DNA from: Eledone cirrhosa
Taxonomy: Eukaryota
DNA length: 64,000 nucleotides
Assembly (NCBI GenBank): GCA_964016885.1
Contig: OZ024746.1
Coordinates: forward strand, 41,602,001-41,666,000
Reading direction: 5' to 3'
The translations under genes were made by a program, and so were the position numbers. This document shows, one piece after another, positions 37,113 through 51,560 of this stretch; positions within the stretch are counted from its first letter, which is position 1, and every line of letters starts with the position of its first letter. Below the pieces are notes generated by a model that had not been told where the DNA came from, ran no database searches, and saw nothing but the letters and a program-made list of their open reading frames with translations.

Positions 37113-37113
<1 letters not shown>
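36910..37113 (+). mobile_element. Penelope-like pLTR (family G) with 65-bp inverted copy and hammerhead-like core
   Basis: Arms 36910-36974 and 36983-37047 with 2 mismatches; CTGAGGA-tccgctaaggt-GAAAC-AATT-GTT; (TA)n on both sides. Confidence 0.6.
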
Positions 37114-37167
<54 letters not shown>

Positions 37168-37379
37168 GGCATGGGGTGGTGGTGCATGGGAGTGTGTGAT
37201 TGTATGTATGTATATGTATTCACACATACAGAAATGTTAATATATATATATATTATTTGTGTGTATATATGTATGAATGTATATGCATATACATTCATAC
37301 ATATATACAGACATATACAACATATACATATATGTATATATACATACACAAAAAATATATATATATAGATATATGTATG

Positions 37380-37417
<38 letters not shown>

Positions 37418-38324
37418 CATGCATGTACACAAATAAATGTGCACTCACACATGCACAGTGAAGCATTTACAAAGTTATGCATATTTATATACTAAGATAT
37501 AGAAGCATATCTGAAAACAAATTGCAAAACAAATCTAAACACAAATGAAAACAAAATATAGAAGAGAGAAATACATAGCTATATCTAAATAAGATGAATG
37601 CTATAGTAAAGCGGACCCTGCGGGTATACCCTTTGAGTATGGCATACAGCAATTTCTTGATACTATTGATTTATTGATCTAGTAGAGCAGTTTCTCAAAG
37701 TAATATTGATTTATTGTTGAGAGTAGAGTATTTAGTTTGGAAGCTTAGAAGAATTCAACATTTACAATCCATTTTTCATCTTAAATCTCTTTTTTTCTTG
37801 TTAGTTTGTTTTATTTTATTTCTTCTTTTTGTGGGAATTATTGTTCAAAGTTTATAAAATGAATAACAAAAAAAACACAAACAAAAAACAAAACAAAACA
37901 AAAATATAAAAAAATAAACAAAAACAAATAAAAACAATAAAAACCCCAGAAAAATTTATGGAAAGTTTTAAAGATATTCTTGTCATCATTTATTTTGCTT
38001 TTTACACTTATATTGTAGCAATAATTGTTGTTTACTAACTCACGCACATAGACACATGCATGTGTGCATGCACCAAAAAATAAAAAAAAATAATTAATAT
38101 AATATATATATACATATATGCATGGGTAAAAAAAGAATCCTTACCACATGCACATTTATTTATATAAATAGATCCTTGGCTTGTTTGGGAGATCAGTAGC
38201 CCCAATTCAATACTGACTTGGTCTATGTAGACTCGTGCAACCTTTGCTAGCAGAGAAATCGGATGTTAAAACAACGACGATGATGATGATGTATGGCTAA
38301 GTTTTATTTAGTCAGTTCTATTGA

Positions 38325-38620
38325 TGAATATGTTTATATGTGAATATATTTACATGTGAACATGTTTACATGTGAATACGTTTACATGTTTACATGTGAA
38401 TATGCTTACATGCGAATATATTACATGCAAATAGGTTTATATGTGAATATGCTTATATGTGAATGTGTTTACATGTGAATACGTTTAGATGTGAATACAT
38501 TTAGATGTGAATATGCTTACATGTGAATATATTTATATATGAATATGTTTGCATATGAATATGTTTGCATATGAATATGTTTGCATATGAATATGCTTAT
38601 ATGTGAATATGTTTACATAT
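38325..38620. repeat. 16-bp minisatellite (atgtgaatatgtttac)
   Basis: About 18 degenerate tandem units. Confidence 0.9.
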
Positions 38621-39033
38621 AAATAAAAACCAAAGGAAACAAACAATCAATTTAATACAGTTTACCCCTAGATCGTCACAACAAATTATTGCTCATAAAT
38701 ACAAGAAAAATAATAAAAAAAACTAAAAAAAAAAGAAAATATTGATTCAAAAACAAATATTATAGAAGGGTAAAATTTCTTTTTTTTTCTTTTAATATTC
38801 AACTACTACCTATAAAGATGACTTCTTAGGTGAAAGAAATTTTATTTCTACTAAACATATTCCACTTCTAATCATATTAACAGCTTTATCTTCACCTCTA
38901 CTTGATGTATTTGTAAGAAATACACTTTTTGAATTCTCACTACATCTTCAGGATTAGTTTAATACTAAGTATTTTCTTCTATATATAAATTTGAACGACT
39001 TCTGTCCATCTATCCGACTGTCCATCACACAAT

Positions 39034-39098
<65 letters not shown>

Positions 39099-39489
39099 AA
39101 TGGATGTGTGTATAAAAGGATGGAATAGGATGATGGAAAAACTATAGCAAAATAGTAGCTGGCATTCTAATTACTACCCTGTGTGTGAGTGTATGTGTAT
39201 GTGTGTGTTTGTGTAACTGCCTGTGTGTTTGTGTGAATATATGTCTGTGAGTGTGTATTTTTGTAAGTGTGCCTGTGTTTACATGTTTATATGTATATAC
39301 TCATACATATACATGTATGCATATGGACATACACACATATACACATACGTGTCAATGTGTTGAAAAAATTCCAATACTGTAAAAAGAACAAGATGTGGAT
39401 TCATTTATGTTCTTGTTGTAAAGGATGGACCAACCATATTTTCCAAACTCAATGCAGTATTTACTGTAGTTTCTAAGTCAATTTGAAAA

Positions 39490-40470
39490 CATATATTTAT
39501 GAGCACAATTTTTCATTACCAAGCAATATCTCACTATACACAAACAGTATCCTTCAATTGGAGTATGAATTCCATTGTTGCTAGCAAAGATAATGGCTCT
39601 CTGAACCTTTTCCTCCTGTTCTTACACTGGTTACCAGCTTTCAGAATACCCATTTCACTGTTTATGAGGTCACTTATATAAAAGAAGTTATCAACAACTA
39701 GAGACCCCACCCCCTGTAAGAATTCGAAAGGATTTATTTCCTGGATACTCTTACTGTTGGGTACTTCTATACATCTGCTATATATGAAATCCATCAGTAA
39801 CAGCATGCTTGTGATCGTACTGCATATTTTGGGTACCCATACTATACATTTAGTACAATATATGGCATGTCTAAATACTCTTTTTCTGCATATTGAGCAT
39901 GGGTCACTTCCCAGATTACCGTAGATGCCTGTCTTCTTTTCTGCTAAATAAGATTTTTATCTTTGATAGGTTTACTCTATGATTTCTTGATTTTAGACTT
40001 TGCTTCCATCTGAAATTTCTTCTCAAATGTAATAGATTTAGTTATAAGAACTAGATAATTGGCTAACAGAATTTCTTATATACAACTGGCTTTAAACCCT
40101 ATTACTTAGGCTTGGTGAATTCTAAAGGACATCTATCTGAATGCTAACTTCCTTGATGAACTTATTTTCAAATTGATGGAAGCATATCTGAAAGATATGT
40201 ACATAACTAGCATGTCTCCCACAAACCATTTTCTCACACCTATTTTCCTTAGAAAACACCAAACTACAGAATGAGGTATCCTCTCAAAGGTCTTTTCCAT
40301 TTAAACAAAAGCTAGATATAATAGAACAAACTCAAATTGCATCAGATCTAAGCAAAGTGTCTTTCTATTTAGTTGTGAAATAACACATTGTTATTTTCAT
40401 GTCTTGGTACATCAGTTTAATACCTCTGTGATGTTTTCTTTCTAGTGCTTCTCCTTTGCCTTTGTAACAA
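39490..40470 (-). mobile_element. RTE LINE internal RT fragment (degenerate)
   Basis: CSICRK, SLVVDNFFYISDLINSE.G and KRFREPLSLL match the RTE 'VVD.F.YLG..I...G' region. Confidence 0.75.
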
Positions 40471-40516
40471 CTCATAGTGATACTGCTATGCAAATTAACC
40501 TTTGTTACAGATAAAT

Positions 40517-40921
40517 ATTGTTTCTACTTTAGATACAAGGCCAGCAATTTGAAGGGGAGAGGAAAGTCGATTAAATCAACTCCAGTGTGTGAATGGTGCT
40601 TTATTTTATTGACCCCATAAGGATGAAAGGCAAAGCTAAACTCAGTGGAATTTGAACTCAGAACATAAAAGGCTGTAACTCTTTGCCCCAAAGCAGGTTG
40701 TCTGATACTCTACTGATTCTGCCAGAATATAATAATTGTTTCTACTTTTGGCACAAGGCCAGCAATTACCCCAGTACATTACTGGTGCTTTATTTTATCG
40801 ACCCCATAACGATGAAAAGCAAAGTTAACCTCGGTGGGATTTGAACTCAGAACGCAAAGGACCACAACTCTATGCTCTAAAGCATGGTGTCTGATGCTCT
40901 ACTGATACTGCCAATCCATCG
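40517..40921 (-). mobile_element. Two tandem SINE-A copies
   Basis: Copies at about 40517-40725 and 40737-40921, separated by ataataat. Confidence 0.9.
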
Positions 40922-41597
40922 ATAATAATAATGCTATTATGACACTCATTGCAAATTAGCCTGTTTTGTAAACAGAAAAAAGCATAACAGATTGGCTATA
41001 TATATGTTTCACAGCTAAATGGCTATTTATCAGTAGACAAGTACCCTTATCCTTCTGCCCACAAAGAGATCTATTGTCAAATGTTATCTATATCAAATGC
41101 AAGAGAATAACAGAATTTTCACACATGCATATGTTTGTGTTTGTATGTATGTATATGGGAATGAATGTATGCACATATTTGCTGCATGAAAATATAGGTG
41201 TAGAGATAATTAGTCTAAAATATTATGTAGTAATTAACTTACTAACTTATTAACTAAACTAACTATACCTCCTAACTTATTAACTAAACTAATTAACACC
41301 ACTTCTACAGTAAAACGAACACGATATACAATATTAAAACTAACTGAAAGTGAAGAAACAAGAAGTTACAATTGGGAAAACAAAACAAAACCCCCAAAAA
41401 ATCACTTAAAAAAATTAAACAAAATCATAATGGTTGTTGCTTAACTTTAGTTTCTTGACAATGAAGTTATGGTAAATTCTATGAACTATTTTTTTTAGGA
41501 AAGAGTAGTTACCATGTTCATCACAAGCTCTTGGAGATTATTGATTCCATGGTTACCAGAGGACCTCTGTGACTATTGAGATTGATGCTGTTGATGC

Positions 41598-42110
41598 TTA
41601 ATCCTTTCATTAACATAGTCTAACCCATGCTAGCGTGGAAGATAGACATTAAATGATGATGATTATTTTTAATGAAAGACTACCTAAGATTTTCAAATCA
41701 CTTTGAAAATAGTCAGGTTTTTGGAGGAATTTAGTAATATAACCAATTTTCTTATTAGTAAGTTGGTGTTGGAGCATGATTCACCAAAATGGCTTACATA
41801 GAATTATAATTGTTTCTACTTTTGGCACAAGGCCAGCAATTACCCAGTGCATTACTGGTACTTTATTTTATCGACCCCGAAAGGATGAAAGGCAAAGTTA
41901 ACCTCGGCGGGATTTGAACTTAGACCATAAAGGGCTGTAACTCTTTGCTGCAAAGCATTGCATCTGGCACCTGACACTCTACCGATACTGAATAATAATG
42001 CCCTGAATTATAACGAAAGGTTTTTAGATAAATATAAACATTTTAAAACAAACAGTTTAGTATCATAGAACCAGGTGTAGTTTCAGGCAGTTTGATATCA
42101 AAAGACTTAA
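41598..42110 (+). mobile_element. MITE family D interrupted by an RTE tail and a SINE-A (41811-42004, minus)
   Basis: TTAA ends; SINE flanked by GAATTATAA (41801, 42005); aacccatgctagcgtggaag..gatgatga at about 41620-41665. Confidence 0.75.
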
Positions 42111-42469
42111 ACTATTGCAAGCTTCACTGTACACAATATTTTCATTATTATTATCAAGAAACATGAGAAGGAAGTGATGTTCTGCACAGGAAGGACTGGG
42201 CTTTAACAGTTAATGTGGGGCTTGGTGGAATGGTGGGTTGGATATAATGTAGTGATGAGAGGAGGAAAGATGAGTAATATAGAATGCCTGGGTGAAAGTG
42301 GCTTATGTGGAAGCTATTGTAGAAGTTGCAAAAAAAAAAAAAGACAGAAAGAGGTAACATCATGTCTGTGTATCAATCTATCCATCAATCTACTTGTCTG
42401 TCAGCTAAGTGTCTATTTATCAGTTATTGTCTATCTATCTATCTCTATATCTATTTGTCTATCTATCTG

Positions 42470-43185
42470 ACCAGTCTGTTTGGGAGGACTTTCCATCCAG
42501 GGCCTATGGATAACTTCCAGAGGGCTCTGGCCTGGCAGTGCTACCCAGGAGCTCTACCAGTTCGAGACAAAATCTACAGGCATGGACGCCGTGGCAGAGA
42601 TCCTGCTAAAATGATCCTGTCCAAGATGCGAGCAGGACATTGAAACCATGCTGCACGCAATTGTTCAGTGCCCAGGGGTGACCAACCTGTGGAATTATGT
42701 CAAACAGCTACTGTCACATGTGGGGTGCATCCAGTTGTCAGCTGAGTCCATCGTGAGGATCACCCCACCGCCTTCAAACACCTTTCTCTCCGGACAACAA
42801 CTCATCCCCTTCTTTAAGTACCACTTCAGAAGGAAGGTGAGAGTGGAGCTACACCCCAGTAAATTCGCTGAAAGGTGGGTGAATGTGGCGAAAATGGCCC
42901 GAGTGAATGGCCTTCTCTGTATATAAGCCTGTAGGTTGAAGAAGATTAAAAGAGGAAAGATGGGAACACCTACAAAATGTGTTCCTGGTGTTGAGGGTTG
43001 TTCTATCCACGGTGTATAAAACAACCCCACAGTAACGTTTCCCCTTATTGAGGATTTCGATTGTTTTATTTTATATATAGTTTATTGTTATTCATCATTG
43101 TTAAATATTTTTATGTAAAACCCCCACCGTCACATCTTGTAATATCCCATTTTTGTATGCCCATGTGGCAAATAAAGAAATATAT
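42470..43185 (+). mobile_element. Tx1/L1-group LINE 3' fragment (zf-RVT / CCHC region)
   Basis: LAWQCYPGALPVRDKIYRHG..CPRCEQDIETMLHAIVQCP..LW across frameshifts; aataaa near 43171. Confidence 0.75.
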
Positions 43186-43409
43186 CTATCTTTCTGCCTG
43201 TTTACCTAAATATTTATCACGTCTATAGGCCAGGAGTTGGAGTGTTGTTTCAGAGTAAACTTTATGACAATCATTTGAATGGTTTTTCTCTGGATGTAAT
43301 CTAGAATGTTTGTGTAGCAGCAGCATTGTCCCAGATATTAATCCTTATACTTATTGTCTTTGTGATCAGCACATAATTATTTTTAGTTAGCTTTTTAATG
43401 CTTCTTGTA

Positions 43410-43603
43410 TTAACCTTTTAGCATTTATATTACTCTATATTTACTATTATATTTTCATGATTTGAATCTATGAGATTTTGATATTGTTTATTTTTGGAAC
43501 AATACCTTAATATCAGTATGAGCAGCCAGTTACAGCCAGTTTGAACAGAAAAAGATGAGAGAATTCTGGCTGGATATGGCTGGTTTAAATGCTAAAGGGT
43601 TAA
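43410..43603 (+). mobile_element. piggyBac-type MITE family C (internal deletion)
   Basis: TTAAccttttagcattta..taaatgctaaagggTTAA. Confidence 0.9.
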
Positions 43604-43704
43604 ATATGACAACACAAACACGATTACCATAGAATTATGTGTTTTGTGAAGAAATAAAACAACTTGCTTGGAGACCATTTGAATTCCTGATCTATGAACA
43701 GATA

Positions 43705-43845
43705 ATATTTCATGTCAGCTATTGTTGAGATCTCTAATGTTCTAGGTCTGTCAGTCTCCTCTCACAAATTGGGATGAGGTCAAATGACTGATGCAGTGAA
43801 TATTGCTGGTTGTTCATTGTAGTAATTCTTTTACCATCTTGCCTG
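43705..43845 (+). mobile_element. CRE-like RLE LINE remnant, homologue of 5090-5345
   Basis: FMSAIVEISNVLG..EVK*LMQ*ILLVVHCSNSFTIL. Confidence 0.5.
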
Positions 43846-44443
43846 TAGGATGTAGTTGAAATATGCTGTTCAACTCAGAGTGTAGAGTTTGCTTATTTAA
43901 AAAAAAATGTTTTACCTGATAACTATTTTTGAATTCATAGTTATAATGTAAAAAAAAGTTTCTTTGTAAATGAAAATGTAACAAACAAATGAAAAAAAAA
44001 AAGAATTTGTTCAGAAAAAGATTTGGTTGTCTGTAAAATACACAGAATTGATGGAAATACTGAAAGATCTAAATCAAACAATAAACAGAAATTTTGATTA
44101 AACTGATCTAGTATATTCATCTGAAAGAGTATCATGTTATTTTTCTATAATGCCTTTACCCATTTCTTATCATAATTTCTTATAAATGTTTTTTTCGGAA
44201 GCTGATTTATTTCTATGTTTAGATAATACAAAGAATTAAGATTATGGTATCATATAAAAACCTGCATGTCAGATTAGTTCTTTTTAGATAATTAGTTTAT
44301 TATAAACAGATTTATTTATTTTTTTTATTTCTATTTCTCATAAATCTAGATTTAAAGAAAATTCAAAATCTGAAGTTTCAGAATATGTTAAAAATGTTAT
44401 ACAAACGCATGTATGTATATATGTGTGTGTGTGTGTGTATATA

Positions 44444-44556
<113 letters not shown>

Positions 44557-44564
44557 ATATATAT

Positions 44565-45210
44565 ATCATCATCTTCGTTTTAAATCTCTTGTTCCATGCT
44601 TGCATGGGCTGGATGAGTCTTTGTCATCTCCTCTGTGAGATTCAGTGAATTGAGATCAGCTCTCACAACCTCTGCTCAGAACTTTCTTGGTCTCCCTCTA
44701 TAGTAGCTTCCTTCATCTTGGATTTCTTTGCACTTCTTCCTCCAATAAGCATCAACCAGTACAGTTTTTTCTCCTTTACTCTACATCTGATTCTTATTAA
44801 ACCAAGCTTTCCTCTCAGTTCATCCACGCTTTGATGTTTATGCATTGCATATCCATTTGAGCATGCTCACTTCATTTTTATCTAGCCTTTGCATATCCTC
44901 TGCATTCACTGCCAATATTTCACTCTTATATTACACTTACACATTACACACAAGCATCTTACAGCCAATCTTTCGTTCACAAAGAAATCTTTTGGTGTCA
45001 ACAGACATAGTAGCTTCATGAACGTTTTCCAACCCATTCTTATTCTAGCTACTATGCTCTCAGAGCAGCCACCATTGCTAATTATATCATCTAGGTAACA
45101 GAAGCCATCAAACTTTTCTATTGATCCTTCATGGGATTAGAAAAAACTATTTCACTGACACTCTTTCTAGCAACTATCCCTGTGCATCTGCTACATCTTT
45201 TCTCTTAGTC
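44565..45210 (-). mobile_element. RTE LINE 3' fragment
   Basis: ELRGKLGLIRIRCRVKEKKLYW and the cccatgcaagcatggaa..gatgatga terminus on the minus strand. Confidence 0.8.
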
Positions 45211-45777
45211 TACATATCATCATCGTTTAACGTCTATATTCCAGGCTAGCATGGGTTTATATATATGTATATATATATATATATATACATCATTATCATT
45301 ATCTCATTTCTATATCCATTTTCTATGCTTGCATGGACACACACTTATATGAAGATAGATAGACAGTTAAATGTAGATACATACATATATATAGTAGTTA
45401 TAGAATCCTTGTCAAAGTATGTTATGATTAGTTTCAAAAAGACACAATAAAGGTTAAACTAATTCAAAAGAAGCTTTCACAGCCCTTATCATCAGACACA
45501 GGGTGACATATCACCTTCCATTGCTTCCCTTGTGTGTATATGTGTGTGTATATAAGTGTATGCATGTGTGTATGTTTATGTGTGGATGGGTGCATACTAG
45601 GATATATCTTGTCAATTTTATTATATAAGCGAATGTACTTCTGAGATATTTTAACTTTTGCACCAGTATACATAAATTTGGAAGTGTATAATCCTGTATA
45701 ATATCAATTATCCATTATCTGGCATAAGTTGGATAGTCATGAAAATTCTGAAATTTTCCTTGCATATTTTAGTTGCC

Positions 45778-46115
45778 AAGATAAAATACACCCAGCTCAC
45801 TTTGTAAAGTGGTTGTGTCAGTGTTATGATAAAATATACCCAGCTCACTCTGTAAAGTGGTTGTGTTGGTGTCTTTATGAAATACACCCAGCCCACTCTG
45901 TAAGTGGTTGTACTGGTGCCATGATAAAATGCTCTCAGTAAAATAGTTGACACTAGGAAGGGCATTCTTTCATAAAAACCAAGACAAAAACGGAACATAT
46001 GAGCTAGATGTGGTCACCTGACTGGTTTAACCTCAGAAATTAACAACCCATCTAGCCCATGCAAGCATGGAAACTCGACCTTAAACAGTTTTGGTGATGA
46101 TGAGGATGATGACGA
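45778..46115 (+). mobile_element. Family-B element with several tandem 5' units
   Basis: aaaatacacccagctcactctgtaaagtggttgt 3-4 times, then aggaagggcat..cccatgcaagcatggaaa. Confidence 0.75.
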
Positions 46116-46444
46116 TAATCTCCATGACTTAAGATTCTACTGGCTGAATGATCTTAATTAGTCAAAGCACAAAGCACGATATGTGTGTGTGTGTAAACGT
46201 ATGTAAATGTCTCAAATTTGTTAGCCTAAGAAGGATTATGAAAAGAAAGAAAGAAAGAAAGAGAAGAAAAGTAAGGGCTGTGCCCATAGCTTTTATAGAC
46301 ATGATGTTGATGTAGTTGACATTTACTTGGAAATTCTATATTAGTATGTTTGAGAGTGTGCAGGTATATGAAAATGAGTATGTACTTGTAGGTGTTTTGG
46401 GGCTTATATCTTTAAGATAAACCTACAGAAAATAGTAAGACAAT

Positions 46445-46700
46445 AAGGGTGAAGGCCCCTTAAATCCTGATGGAGTTGTAGGGGTGCTGTCCTGACACAT
46501 GACATATTTGGGCATATTTAAACCTGGCATAGCCCCTCCCACACTAGGTCAGAACACAGCTGATTTCTTCAAAAGAAAAAAAGATAAAGTGATACAGAGC
46601 CCCCGCAGTACTGGACTGGTTTTTTATTTATTGATCTCAAAAAGATGAAAGGCAGGATTTGAACTCAGAGCTCTAACAACTTTGCCAATTTTCCACCTAC
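46445..46700 (-). mobile_element. SINE-A' (alternative tail)
   Basis: Reverse complement matches 22380-22500 and the SINE core. Confidence 0.6.
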
Positions 46701-48524
46701 AGATAATACTAGTTAATTAAATTTGCTAGATACCTTTGAAACTATTCTGCTGTTTTGCCAAGCAATCATGGGTCTCTCATCTTCCTCAACTTGACCAAAA
46801 TAATTCCTAAAGCTGCATTTTTTAGGTCATGTAAAGTTAATTTCATAAGGTTCTGCATAGTCTAAACTTTGTCTGTTGGAGATCTTTTAACTCCGTATTC
46901 ATTGTTATCATCAAACCAAACATTGTTACAACTCTTCTGCAGAAAGAATTTCAATAAAATGTTAAATATAACAATTTAAAAGGAAAAATTCTAACAGAAC
47001 TCTATTTTATAGAATTACTGTTTTGAATAAATGAAATATTCCACAATAGATATTGTATAGAATGGAAACAAAAGAAGAAGAACAAATTAGAATAGTGAAA
47101 GACAGAGAGAAAAAAATGAAAGCAAGAAAGAAATGAAACTGAAAAGCAAAAAGAAATAAAGGAAAGGAAAACCAATAGTGGAACAAGGAAAATATTGAAG
47201 AATTCAAGCATATCTGACGTGGTCTTTTCAGACAAAACAACAGTAATTTCACATTGGTATTGTTATGTTGACAAGTAGTGCCTTAAGTGACTAATAACTG
47301 TACCATTAATATCTTATGTTTCTCTGAGGTTGTCAATATATATATACATTACAAATTCTCTCAATACTTTTCATTTCTACAGGTCTTTCTTTTCTCTCTA
47401 CTTCAAAATATTTCATTTGCTAATGATTAGCTCTTTTGCATATATAACCACTTAAATCACATATTTATATTATATTTTCTGTGCCTGGGATTTATAGACA
47501 AGTATTTAATAATACAGTTATTATTAATGCTGCCATTATAATTAGAGGAATAAAAGGAATATCAACTACAGTTTGGTGTTTGTCAACAAGAGTTATAAAT
47601 GAGACACAAGTCACGTGCATGAAAAGAAAGAAACCCTTTGAGCAACGAAACTTATTCCATTCATTTGTGTATATATTGCTACGTGCAAACATTTACTAAT
47701 ACAGAGTTTTGGTGGGTGTGGGGAATATAAATAAATTGGCTTCTAATATTGTTTTATAAGCAATCAAGATTTTATGGGAGAGAATGTGTGAGAAACCATT
47801 TCTATTTGCAAGATAGGAAATTGGTAATATATTGTTATTAGTAAGCCATTTAACTGTAGTCTTGGAATCAAAGATCATTGATTGTCCATTTGTCTTGTCA
47901 AAAATATTACTACATGTAGAAGATATAAAATTAAAATAGTAACTACCATAAAGAATTTTTCTCTTCCTTTATATCTAATCAACCATGATATACATCCACT
48001 TTACAACTGGGTTTCCATCCTTTTCTAAGTGAACATATTCATATATAAACTATCCTGTGTGCAGTTTTGTTTTTTGTTTCTTTATTTTTTGTTTGTTAAT
48101 TCTCTGTTGCAAACAAATCACCCAAACAATTTCCCTATCAAAACCACTTCTCTCATTCAAAACAACTGGCCTTTTCCCATTTATATTTTCCCTTCAGAAA
48201 AATCTTCAATAGAGAATCTACAGACTGGGATATATGTTCTTATTTTATCATCCCTATTGTAGCTTATTAGCCAGGGCTTCATCTTATATATTTCATTTTT
48301 GTTTAGTTTTCGGTATAACATGAAAAGAATAAAGAAAACTCTATTTATCAATCTATTTACTATTGATGCAAATCAAAGAGGAAAAAATATCTGAAAATAC
48401 ACAGAGCTTCTTAGTAAGCTAATGTCCATTGTTGGGAAAACTTACATATTTTTATTGTCAGAAAAACAAAAGGTAGTTCATTTAAAAAAAAATTGTGACC
48501 TCCTCCTCTTTTTCTCTCTTGCTG

Positions 48525-48770
48525 CTGCACCATCATCATTTTCATCATCATCATCATCATCAGCGTTACAAAGACAACGATGACGACACCCACCACAGCC
48601 ATCACCACCACCACCAATCATTGTTATTGTCATCATCAACATCATTATCAGTCATCATCATCATCATCTTTATTATCAGGATTATCACCATCATCATCTT
48701 TGTCCTCACCACCACCACCATCAGCATTATCATGATCAATAGTATCATTATTATTGTTATTATTATTAAG
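48525..48770. repeat. (CAT/CAC)n low-complexity tract
   Basis: Direct reading; source of the poly-His ORF. Confidence 0.9.
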
Positions 48771-48926
48771 ATAAAGAACAAAAACAAAAGGGAAAGTCAA
48801 CAGATTTTTCTTTCACTTTGTTCCAACATAGTTTTTTTTTCCTATTTACATTTGTTTCATACTGTTTCTTCAAACACACAACAATAGCTGGTAAATAGTA
48901 CAATATTTCTTACTACATATATATAT

Positions 48927-48974
<48 letters not shown>

Positions 48975-49025
48975 TTGTGTATGTATATATATATATATAT
49001 ATATATTTGTATGTATCTATGTATA

Positions 49026-49079
<54 letters not shown>

Positions 49080-50429
49080 ATCATCATCATCATCTTTTAA
49101 CGTCCGTTTTTCCTTGCTAGCAAATGTTAAACAAAGATGATGATGATATATATACCTACATATATATATATGTGTGGGTGTGTGTGTGTGTGTATACATA
49201 CATATATAATCTTTTTCCCCTTTAACAAACGTTTTTTTTTCCAGCTGAAAGCAAGTGTTCTGAAAACTGCACTGGGGTGGAACCATAGATAACTGAGTTT
49301 TACAAATCTCTTGTGGCTGGAAAGAATTCGGAAAAAAAAAACAAAAAAAAAAAAAACAGACAACCAGATCAAAAAAAAAAAGCGAGCAAGCAATCAAAAC
49401 AGTACCTTTATTGATGGGAAAGTGATTGTTCTTTTTCTGTTTGTTCCATACAAAAGGTATGTTTTGTGGTAAAATGCTAATCATATTACTTCTAACCCTG
49501 CCCCATCAAAATAAAAATAAAAATTAAAATCCTCTAAAGAACCAGAGACTCCTTTTTTTAACTTTTCTGGGTACTCAATTCATAAGGGCACATTCTCCAT
49601 TTCTCCATAGACAATCATTTCATGTAAAGGTTATAAAATACTTGTAAAGGAGTGCTAATATTTATTCCCCTCACTCACTATATAGACAAAACTAACTAAA
49701 CTGCCTTGGGCAAATATATTAATAGAATATAACAAGCAACATGATAGAGTTGGATATATGAATTTCTCTGTAAGTAAGCCTTATCATAGTCATCCCAAGA
49801 AAATAAAGAACTAGAAATGGCACCAGCTTGTCTGCAAAGAAAATATGATCTGAGAGACTTATCCATGGACAAGTTATCATGTCAGTTGCAAATCTATGAT
49901 CTTGCTCTCATTTTATTTTATATATGGGAAGTATGTATGTGTTTATGTGTGGGAGGTATATATGTGTTTATGTGTGTGTTTGTGAGTATTTGAGTGTGAG
50001 GGTATATGTGTGTTTATGTGTATGTTTGAGTGTGGGTGTATGTGTGTATTTGTGTGTGTGATTGTTTGTTTGTGAGAGGAGTATGTTTGTGAGATGAGTG
50101 TGTATGTATGTGTGTGTTGTGGGGGTATGTGTATGTGTGTGTTGTGGGGGTATGTGTGTATTTGGGAGTGGGGTGGTATGTGTGTGTGGGTATTTGTGAG
50201 AGCAGTATGTGTGTATATGTGTGTATATGTGTGTTTGTATCAGTGATATTTGTATGTCTAGTAATTAGTCTCGCAGAAGAACTTATGTGTGTATATATCA
50301 GTGATATATACACGCATAATCAACAAATATCAACCAACTATATACAGTTCTTATATAAATGTGAAAAAAGTGTGCTAAATGTACATTGTACTCATATGTG
50401 CATATACACATATATACATACATATACAC

Positions 50430-50852
50430 ATCTTTGGCGCTACGTAGTAATACAGAAGACCCGCCTTGTCTAAGTACAAAGCGAAACCTACAGTCAGTAG
50501 GCACCTCTTAACCAAAATACACCCCTATCCCACTACCCCCACCCCATCTACACCACCCCTTTCGATGTAAAGTTATGTTGGTACCACAACATCCAGTCTT
50601 AAATAAATGAGGTCGTGTAGGTGTCACGACAAAAAAAAACACACAGTCCACACTGTAATGTGGCCATGTAGGTAACACGGTAAAAACCTCCCAGTCCACA
50701 CTGTAAACGTGGTTGGTGTTAGGAAGGGCATCCAGCCGTAGAAAACCCGCCAGACAGTCCTGAGCAAGACAACCAATCTTGCCTCAAGTGGAATAATTCC
50801 CGTCCAGACCCATGCTAGCGTGGAAAATGGACGTTAAACGATGATGATGATC
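50430..50852 (+). mobile_element. RTE 3' fragment, near-identical to 23184-23609
   Basis: atctttggcgctacgtagtaatacagaagacccgccttg...ggacgttaaacgatgatg. Confidence 0.9.
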
Positions 50853-50929
50853 ATCATGATAAGGCTGCATCTCATATACATAAATGCATATAAACATATA
50901 TAAATACACATGCTAATTGCTACTTCTTT

Positions 50930-51560
50930 TCAGATGAGTGCCATCCCTTCATTGAACATTGCATGATGATCTGCATGCAGGTGATTTTTCAGACCTGCTT
51001 TTGTCTTGCAGGTATGTTCACAGATGTGACACTTGAACTGTTGAACTGTCTGTTGGGTGGATTGTGTCTTCATGCATTTTACTATGTCTGGTCAATCCAC
51101 CCACTGACTTGCAAATTAAGCCACACTCACTGCAAATGCACTGTGGAGTGTATGGCAGTAGAACCATCTCACAGGTGGGTCGATTTCTCCCTGGCTTGTG
51201 TGATTTCAGATGATTAACAAAACCAGTTCGTGTCAGAAGAAATCGGCTACATACATTGCACCTCAATTCTTGCTGGATTTTTGCAGGCACTGTACTTGAG
51301 TCCTGCTTATGAAGTGAACACTTCAGAACAGCATGCTCCACTCATTTTTTCTCAAAGACATCACATCCATATTTGATGATCTTATCCATGATCTTTGGCT
51401 TTCAGCCAGTCTCTCTCAGCTCTCCAGAGTGGGATTGGTCCAGTGCAAGGCTTTTCTTCGTTTTTTTGCTGCATCATATGCAGAGAGAAATCTAAATTCC
51501 TGGAAGGGTTCAAAGATCATGTTTGTGCGACCCATGTTTAAGAAAAAGGTCAAGGGATAG
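50930..51560 (-). mobile_element. RTE-like LINE C-terminus with three C2H2 zinc-finger motifs (disrupted)
   Basis: CNVC..HLKSH, CSEC..HSKMH and frameshifted CHIC..HLHADH; stops upstream. Confidence 0.55.

Noticed and set aside
37014-37495. YI/IY-rich ORFs here and at about 44385, 48857, 54761 and 57492
   Set aside because: Read-through of (TA)n and (TACA)n repeats
48495-48887. Poly-His/Ile ORF
   Set aside because: (CAT)n low-complexity tract with no splice or homology support
51018-51341. Functional C2H2 zinc-finger gene
   Set aside because: In-frame stops upstream, frameshifted third finger, no TGEKP linkers; better explained as a mobile-element remnant
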